Shown: positions 6,062 to 11,769 of the stretch, piece after piece | Layout: each line of letters starts with the position of its first letter | Position numbering within the stretch: the first letter of the stretch is position 1 | Assembly (NCBI GenBank): GCA_045105515.1 | Contig: JBGCDR010000153.1 | Location: 1 to 11,769, forward strand | Direction of reading: 5' to 3' | Source of the DNA: Oligoflexales bacterium | Lineage (GTDB): Bacteria; Bdellovibrionota_B; Oligoflexia; Oligoflexales; Bog-1112 | DNA: 11,769 bases | Program-made: the position numbers and the translations under genes | The notes under the pieces: model-generated | Database searches by the model: none | What the model was told of the DNA's origin: nothing | The model's input: the letters and a program-made list of their open reading frames with translations, nothing else

Positions 6062-9000
6062 GTGGAACGATTAGTCAGGTTTTTTATTGAAAATAATCGC
6101 TTAACAATCTTGTTGATGATTTTTTCGGTGGTCACCGGTATCATCGGCGCAACTTCCTTAAATAGGCAAACCTTTCCTTCAGTGGATTTTGCTACCCTCA
6201 TCATTACTACTCCTTATGGGGGAGCGAGTGCTGAAGATATTGAGTTGAAAATTACCAAACCCATAGAAGATGAACTTAAGGCAATCTCGGGATTGAAGGA
6301 TGTAACCTCCACGAGTATGCCTGGTCTCAGCCTTATTAAAGTCCGTATCGATCTCGATGCTCCAAAAAAGAATGAAATTGTTGACGATGTACAAAAAGCC
6401 GTTGATAAGGTTTCTGATTTACCGGTGGACTTAGCCAGTTCGCCACAGATTACAGAACTCAACAGTGATGAAATTTCGGTAGTAGAAATTGGTGTGGTGG
6501 GCCCAAATGATAAAGGCCAGTTAAATCAACTTACGGAAAACTTGAAGGACCAATTAGAGGATATAAAAGGTACCAGTTCAGTAGCGAGTGTTGGTTTTCA
6601 GAAAAGACAATTTCGCATTTACCTCGACAAGGATAAATTAAGTAAATATCACATAGGAATTGACGAAGTTCTCGGGCGTATTCAAGCGAGAAATATCAAT
6701 GTTCCAGGAGGCCTTTTGTCTGAAGTATCAGGGCATAAACTGGTGCGTTTAGATGCAAAGGTGAGCAACCGTGAGGATCTAGCTAAATTATTCATCAGAG
6801 CAAATTTTACTGGAAATAAGATCTATCTTAAAGATGTTGCTGTGGTGGAGGATGCTCGGGAAAAGGCTGAAGTTATGGTTAGCATCAATGGTCAAACAGG
6901 ACACTTGCTTACTGTCACTAAAGCAGCAAGCGCTGATTCGATCGACCTTGCAAAAGATGTTTTGCAGCTCTTAGATTCTGTACAGGCTAAGTGGCCTGAG
7001 CATCAGCTTATTGTGTACCATAACGAAGCACAAAAAATTGACAATAAGCTGTCAAACTTGAGCTCTAATGCAATTTCTGGGTTCATCTTGGTGGTGTTCT
7101 TTTTGATGCTTTTTCTTCCTGGAAAACTAGGATTTATGGCCTCCTTATCACTACCTATCACGGTCCTTCTAACTTTTGCACTGATGCCTTACTTTGGAGC
7201 AACCTTTGATACTATTTCAGTTTTAGCCCTCGTTATTGCACTGGGAATGCTTGTAGATAACTCTGTAGTAGTCACTGAAAATTACACCCGTCTGCTGGGA
7301 ACGGGGCTTGAAAAAAAAGAAGCTGCAGTGGAAGCTGTATCCCAGCTGTGGCTACCAATCAGTGCTACAGTTATGACGACTATCGCGGCGTTCCTCCCCA
7401 TGATGGTGACAAAAGGAGTGATGGGTGAATTTATTAGATTTATTCCGGTGGTCGTGAGTATCTCGCTCCTCGTAAGTTTGTTGGAATCCTTCTTTCTTTT
7501 ACCCTTAAGGCTACAGATATCGGGAAAATTAAAACAATCTGCAAGTGGTGAACCCGTAGATTGGTTTCATGCAGTCCGTTCGAAATTTGAAGGTTTTATG
7601 GGCTATTGTCTTAGATTTCGCTATTTGGTCGCCATAATTTTTGGTCTGATGATTGGGGGGTCTATCGCTTTAACCATTTGGGGCAATAAGTTTATTCTTT
7701 TTCCCCCTGGGGATACTGAAAGGTATGTTGCCCGTTATGAACTTAAGAGTGGGACTCCTGTTGATAAAACTTATTTAGAGTCGCAAAAACTCGTCAAAAA
7801 AATACAAATGGTACTTGCTGATGATGTGGAAAGCATCATCAATAAAGCTGGAGATGGGCAATTTAACCTGATGGATTCTAAAGGTACGAAAGGAGAACAA
7901 AGTGGTCTGGTTATGATAAACCTCACCACTGAAGCAGCGAAAACAAGCAAACATGAGGAAATACTTGCTAAGTTGAGGACTATTGATACGGGATCTTTTC
8001 AAGATTTGCGATTTGAGGCAGAAGTTAATGGACCTCCTGTTGGCTCAGCAATAAAGGTAACATTTAGATCACCTGATTCAGAGCAATTAGAGGGAATGAC
8101 CACACTTATAATGGAACAAGCTGCTAAAATACCGGGAATCTTAAACCTCAAGTTTGCTGAGCAAGCTGGAGGTACGGAGCTTTGGGCGGATTTCGATTAC
8201 GATAAGATTGCTAGGCTTGGGCTAGATGTGGGAGCAATAGGCAATACTGTAAGAACAGCATTAGAAGGAAGTGAGGTTTCCAATGTTGTACTAAATAATA
8301 AGGTGGTAAAAATTAAAGTAGAGCTTAAGGAAGAACAGAAAAGGAATATTGCCCAGATCATGGGGCTTAAGGTTATGGATAAAAAAGGTAACTTGATCCC
8401 TCTCGCAAAGCTGCTGTCCTTTGAGAAAAAACCAGGATCAAAAAATATCAAACATTTTGACTATCAACGTTCGCGAACTTTGGTAGGAGATGTCAACACG
8501 GAAAATACGACCAGCCAGCTTGCAAATGATAGGCTTAAGAATCTTTTCTGGGCTCAGTCCGCACAGTTTCCTCTTGTGAGCTATACAGTGGGAGGTGAAG
8601 AGGAAAGTACTAAAGAATCAATGGAATCTCTAGTTATTGCAATGGGTCTTGCGCTTTTAGGAATTTTTTCCTTGCTTGTGTTTTTGTTTAAATCCTATTT
8701 GCGGCCTGCAATCATAATGCTTTGTATACCATTTGGGTTTATAGGTTATGCCGTTGCCTTCTATTTTCATCAACTACCTGTGAGCTTTCTTTCATTGATT
8801 GGAATGGTGGGTTTGTCTGGTATTGTTGTAAATTCAGGTATTGTGTTGATTAGTTTTATTGACCAAATGCGCCTTGAAGGTTATATGTCGCTCAATGAAC
8901 TACTGAAGAAGGCAAGTGGTATGCGGCTTAAGGCTGTTTTGGTCACAAGTTTAACTACTTTTAGTGGTCTCATTCCCACGGCTTATGGATTAGGGGGTTC

Positions 9001-9232
9001 AGACCCAATGTTGATACCCATGACCATGGCGATGGCTTGGGGGCTTGCAAGTGGGACGTTTTTTACCTTAGTATGGGTGCCATGCGGTTATGCTATTTTA
9101 GAGGATATGTTCTGTCTAACTAAAAATGTACGCGCGTGGTTGAGGCCTGGAAGCACAGCTGTCTTTGGTGATGGTTCAAAAAAGGCGATTCTAAAAGATC
9201 AGGGCAAGGTAGCTTCACAACTCCCAGGTTAG
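6062..9232 (+). CDS. RND efflux transporter permease subunit (AcrB/AcrD/AcrF family)
   Basis: 1056 aa with the (1 TM + periplasmic domain + 5 TM) x2 layout. Motifs YGGASAEDIELKITKPIE, TM4 ALGMLVDNSVVVTEN, TTIAAFLPM, GIVVNSGIVL, RLKAVLVTSLTTFSGLIP. GTG start with AAGGAGG RBS at 6049..6055. Confidence 0.96.
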   Translation: MERLVRFFIENNRLTILLMIFSVVTGIIGATSLNRQTFPSVDFATLIITTPYGGASAEDIELKITKPIEDELKAISGLKDVTSTSMPGLSLIKVRIDLDAPKKNEIVDDVQKAVDKVSDLPVDLASSPQITELNSDEISVVEIGVVGPNDKGQLNQLTENLKDQLEDIKGTSSVASVGFQKRQFRIYLDKDKLSKYHIGIDEVLGRIQARNINVPGGLLSEVSGHKLVRLDAKVSNREDLAKLFIRANFTGNKIYLKDVAVVEDAREKAEVMVSINGQTGHLLTVTKAASADSIDLAKDVLQLLDSVQAKWPEHQLIVYHNEAQKIDNKLSNLSSNAISGFILVVFFLMLFLPGKLGFMASLSLPITVLLTFALMPYFGATFDTISVLALVIALGMLVDNSVVVTENYTRLLGTGLEKKEAAVEAVSQLWLPISATVMTTIAAFLPMMVTKGVMGEFIRFIPVVVSISLLVSLLESFFLLPLRLQISGKLKQSASGEPVDWFHAVRSKFEGFMGYCLRFRYLVAIIFGLMIGGSIALTIWGNKFILFPPGDTERYVARYELKSGTPVDKTYLESQKLVKKIQMVLADDVESIINKAGDGQFNLMDSKGTKGEQSGLVMINLTTEAAKTSKHEEILAKLRTIDTGSFQDLRFEAEVNGPPVGSAIKVTFRSPDSEQLEGMTTLIMEQAAKIPGILNLKFAEQAGGTELWADFDYDKIARLGLDVGAIGNTVRTALEGSEVSNVVLNNKVVKIKVELKEEQKRNIAQIMGLKVMDKKGNLIPLAKLLSFEKKPGSKNIKHFDYQRSRTLVGDVNTENTTSQLANDRLKNLFWAQSAQFPLVSYTVGGEEESTKESMESLVIAMGLALLGIFSLLVFLFKSYLRPAIIMLCIPFGFIGYAVAFYFHQLPVSFLSLIGMVGLSGIVVNSGIVLISFIDQMRLEGYMSLNELLKKASGMRLKAVLVTSLTTFSGLIPTAYGLGGSDPMLIPMTMAMAWGLASGTFFTLVWVPCGYAILEDMFCLTKNVRAWLRPGSTAVFGDGSKKAILKDQGKVASQLPG

Positions 9233-9253
9233 TGTTTGTATAGGGTTTTTATA

Positions 9254-9883
9254 ATGCAGAGTGTTGTCGATACAAAAACAAAGATTCTTCAGGCAGCTTT
9301 CAAATTGTTTTCCGATAATGGCTTTGAAGGCACCTCGATGCGAGAAATTGCAAAACAAGCTACAGTTAATTTATCTGCAATTAACTATCATTTTCAGAGT
9401 AAGGAAAAGCTCTGTAGCGAAGTTTTAAATAAGGCAGGGTATGATTTAAGGGAAGAGTTAAAGGAGATCGCTGAAAACCATCCTGACTTAAGGTTTGTCG
9501 AACTAGTCCCTGAGGTTTACCAACACCTTGTGAGTATTTCAGACCGATTTCAGTCATGTTTTCGCATCTTGTCGACTGGTAACGTGGTGCTTGACCTTAG
9601 CTCAGATGTGGATGGTCAAATGGGTGGAGGGCCAGGTGCGCAGTATTTGATGGAAAGGTTGACCAAAGAAGTTGGGGATCAAGTTCCCTTCGAAGATCGT
9701 TGCTGGGTTGTGAATGCAGTATATTGTCAAATGACCCACCTTATCTTACTCTGTAATACTAGCATTGCGCAGATGGAATATGTCAAAGCACAATTTGAAA
9801 CTGAAAAAGTGCAGCATAGACTCCGGAGGCTTTGCCAAGCTCTCGTGCGTGAAATTACTGATCCAATTGAAATGATTCATTAA
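9254..9883 (+). CDS. TetR/AcrR family transcriptional regulator
   Basis: N-terminal HTH TKTKILQAAFKLFSDNGFEGTSMREIAKQATVNLSAINYHFQSKEKL. ATG 9254 is preferred to the TTG at 9236. Confidence 0.95.
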   Translation: MQSVVDTKTKILQAAFKLFSDNGFEGTSMREIAKQATVNLSAINYHFQSKEKLCSEVLNKAGYDLREELKEIAENHPDLRFVELVPEVYQHLVSISDRFQSCFRILSTGNVVLDLSSDVDGQMGGGPGAQYLMERLTKEVGDQVPFEDRCWVVNAVYCQMTHLILLCNTSIAQMEYVKAQFETEKVQHRLRRLCQALVREITDPIEMIH

Positions 9884-10758
9884 GAACGACTTAACAGTTG
9901 GTTGGGCAGACTCCTAATCAAATTTAAGCTTTCCCAGGTGCCTGTATACTGATGGTCTAAAATGGTGTTGCGGGCAAAAATCGGAACTTTTTTAAAGCTA
10001 ACAACTTTGATGGACAGATGAAATGTATGCTGGCCTTTGATATTGTAGTAAAAGTTGATGGTGCGTCCACCCACCGAGTTTTTGTTGGGAGTAATATCAT
10101 ATTTTCCAGAGCTTGTGGTGGTGATTCGTTCTAGTGGTAGAGGAATACTCCCAGCTATTTCGGTCCAGGTGGACTCCATGTTAATCGGAACCTCAGCACC
10201 AAGAAAGCTATCTAAATCCTCATAAATCTTTACACTCACTCTGGTTTCAATGGATGCGAGTTTGATTCCTAATATTTTAATTTTAGTCAGAGTGCTAACT
10301 TGCAAATTTTTTCGGTCAATAGATTGAACGGTGGTACCATTAAAAGCACAATCGAGGTAGCTTGAGGTCAAAAAATGCTTACGGCTAAAAAATTTTGGTA
10401 GTCTATTTTGGTAGATGATTGCAGACTTTCCCAAAGTTAAAAATCCTGAATCTAAGTCAGTATCTAGATGTAACCTGTCAATATCCCAGTCTGCAAAGTC
10501 TCCGAGATTTTCCGGATAAAACTCCTCAAGAGCCATTTGCATCTTGCCCTTGCTTAACCAATGAATATCGGGAAAAAATTCTAGGAGCGGCTCTTTCTTG
10601 ATCTGTTTATGATGAAAGTTAACTCCCACAGATTTTTTTACATCCATTCTTTTTTGGAGGAATTCGTAAATTTCGTTAGCGTTAGATTCGCCTGTGAGAA
10701 TACATACCATAATTAAAAAGATTGATAGTTTTAGACAATTTTTTTCCCATACCATCAT
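9880..10758 (-). CDS. Secreted hypothetical protein
   Basis: 292-aa ORF with an AGGAG RBS upstream and a signal-peptide-like N-terminus (KLSIFLIMVCILTGESNA|NE). Its stop overlaps the TetR stop (TTAA 9880..9883). No family recognised. Confidence 0.8.
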   Translation of the reverse strand: MMVWEKNCLKLSIFLIMVCILTGESNANEIYEFLQKRMDVKKSVGVNFHHKQIKKEPLLEFFPDIHWLSKGKMQMALEEFYPENLGDFADWDIDRLHLDTDLDSGFLTLGKSAIIYQNRLPKFFSRKHFLTSSYLDCAFNGTTVQSIDRKNLQVSTLTKIKILGIKLASIETRVSVKIYEDLDSFLGAEVPINMESTWTEIAGSIPLPLERITTTSSGKYDITPNKNSVGGRTINFYYNIKGQHTFHLSIKVVSFKKVPIFARNTILDHQYTGTWESLNLIRSLPNQLLSRS

Positions 10759-10886
10759 TTCGGTTTACTCCTTTTTAAATTTTTATAACATTAGCCATTA
10801 ATTGGTAAACCATGTCAAAAAAAAAAGATCTAGTTAATTTTAGCTTTATTAAAAACTATGGCCTATAATTTTTTATTGAACTGGAG

Positions 10887-11080
10887 GCGATTTATCCGTT
10901 CGTATGACTCAGTCGAAATGACAGTTTGTGATGATAATTGGTTTTTAATGTTATCCCTCGGCTGCGCTCTCGGGATAACATTGGAGGCTCCTCTTTTATA
11001 GTCTGAGTGATGAGATTTTTGTCGACGGATCAGAGGCATCTACTGTCATCCCGACGGAGCGGAGCGAGTGGAGGGATCCC
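10887..11080. repeat. Cluster of three REP-like (TGTC/CGTC-tagged type) palindromic units
   Basis: 10887..10926 aligns without gaps (25/40) to the reverse complement of 11041..11080 (TACTGTCATCCCGACGGAGCGGAGCGAGTGGAGGGATCCC). The middle unit 10947..10982 (ATCCCTCGGCTGCGCTCTCGGGATAACA) forms a perfect 11-bp stem AATGTTATCCC/GGGATAACATT. Confidence 0.7.
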
Positions 11081-11097
11081 TAGCAATAAATTAAGCT

Positions 11098-11589
11098 TCA
11101 AAAAGATTCTTCATTCAGGATTTTTTCTATCACCTTCTCTGATATTTCCTCGGAAACTACACTCCAAGTTTGCTCTGATTCATTAAACTCTAAGAACCTA
11201 ATTTTCTCTTCCTTTAGTATGCTGAGGATATCTTTAACAATGTGGGCTTTGTTTTTTTTATCAAGAGTTTGATAAATAAATCGATTTGCTACAATCCGAT
11301 TTATAAATTTTGAATTCCCGGGATGTTTATTCGTTTTAAAATATTTCCCGATAACAATGTCATTCTCAGTACATTTGATTGGATCTGTGAAAAATTCGCA
11401 GAAAGGTAAAGCTTCGTCTTGATTGAGATTGAGTAACGGAGGTAATTCAAAATTATTATTGCTGACATCATTAAATGCATCTTTTTCAATCAAATCATCA
11501 AATGATCTTTCATGAACAATTTCTGGAAATGGAGAGGAAAAACAAACAGTAGAAACCGAAATTTGAGTAATCAAGTAAAAGATTTTCAT
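11098..11589 (-). CDS. Secreted protein with a C-terminal DUF6824-like (diatom/stramenopile-type) domain
   Basis: GAGG RBS and a signal-peptide-like N-terminus MKIFYLITQISVSTVCFS. Residues 74-160 (ENDIVIGK...NKHPGNSKFINRI...Y...DKKNKAHIVKDILSIL....RFL.......WSVVSEE) match the recalled pattern DVLxGRG..NxHPGNxxFRxxI...Y....K..I..xI...GRFL....W.EV. Match is by eye. Confidence 0.7.
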   Translation of the reverse strand: MKIFYLITQISVSTVCFSSPFPEIVHERSFDDLIEKDAFNDVSNNNFELPPLLNLNQDEALPFCEFFTDPIKCTENDIVIGKYFKTNKHPGNSKFINRIVANRFIYQTLDKKNKAHIVKDILSILKEEKIRFLEFNESEQTWSVVSEEISEKVIEKILNEESF

Positions 11590-11631
11590 AAGCGCCTCAT
11601 TATATAGTTTAAAGAAAGGATGAGATATTTA

Positions 11632-11767
11632 ACTGGCAAGACGAAGATTAAGCTCCCATTAACACCTACTTTCCATGTATAATCACTGAAACCGCAAAAG
11701 ATATGATGTAAAAACAGAAAAAACCGCCATATAATATATATGTAATATCAACATGCTATGATTAAAC
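11632..11767. repeat. Right arm of the 136-bp inverted repeat (probably continues to 11769 and beyond)
   Basis: Exact reverse complement of 1..136. It begins ACTGGCAAGACGAAGATTAAGCTCCC, 42 bp upstream of the start codon at 11589. Confidence 0.97.
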
Positions 11768-11769
11768 GA

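Noticed and set aside
4491..8451. Minus-strand short ORFs 4491..4721, 4618..4830, 6179..6394, 6214..6462, 7775..8002, 8197..8451
   Set aside because: All are antisense to the TolC/RND genes and have no motif support.
10419..11489. ORFs 10419..10601 (+) and 11301..11489 (-)
   Set aside because: Antisense or alternative-frame overlaps within longer ORFs that have an RBS and signal peptide.
11599..11639. Hybrid promoter formed by TTGCCA in the repeat end and TATAAT upstream of the 11589 gene
   Set aside because: The two hexamers are 29 bp apart, and no acceptable -10 lies 16-18 bp from the TTGCCA.
1..11769. Window as a complete linear plasmid, phage or Polinton-like element with terminal inverted repeats
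   Set aside because: No DNA polymerase, terminal protein, Rep, integrase, protelomerase or capsid gene is present. The gene content looks chromosomal.

Overview
AT-rich, probably Gram-negative bacterial DNA (it encodes a TolC/RND system), possibly a whole contig. It is bracketed by a perfect 136-bp inverted repeat (1..136 and 11632..11767) that runs off the left end and to within 2 nt of the right end. The core is a transport/lipid module: a PlsC-like acyltransferase divergent from a TolC-family / AcrB-family RND / TetR operon. This operon has no periplasmic adaptor gene, and its sigma70-type promoter region carries three candidate TetR operators. Around it lie four minus-strand genes with apparent Sec signal peptides, two of them with eukaryote-type domains. 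1345..3195 encodes ankyrin repeats followed by a RING1-IBR-RING2 (RBR) E3 ubiquitin ligase module with the catalytic Cys retained. 11098..11589 encodes a domain resembling the diatom/stramenopile DUF6824 family. There is also a degenerate PilZ-like gene and several REP-like palindromic units. The best candidate for an undescribed system is a secreted bacterial RBR E3 ligase within a set of eukaryote-like effectors, possibly inside an invertible or composite-transposon-like segment. All family assignments are by eye; no searches were run.
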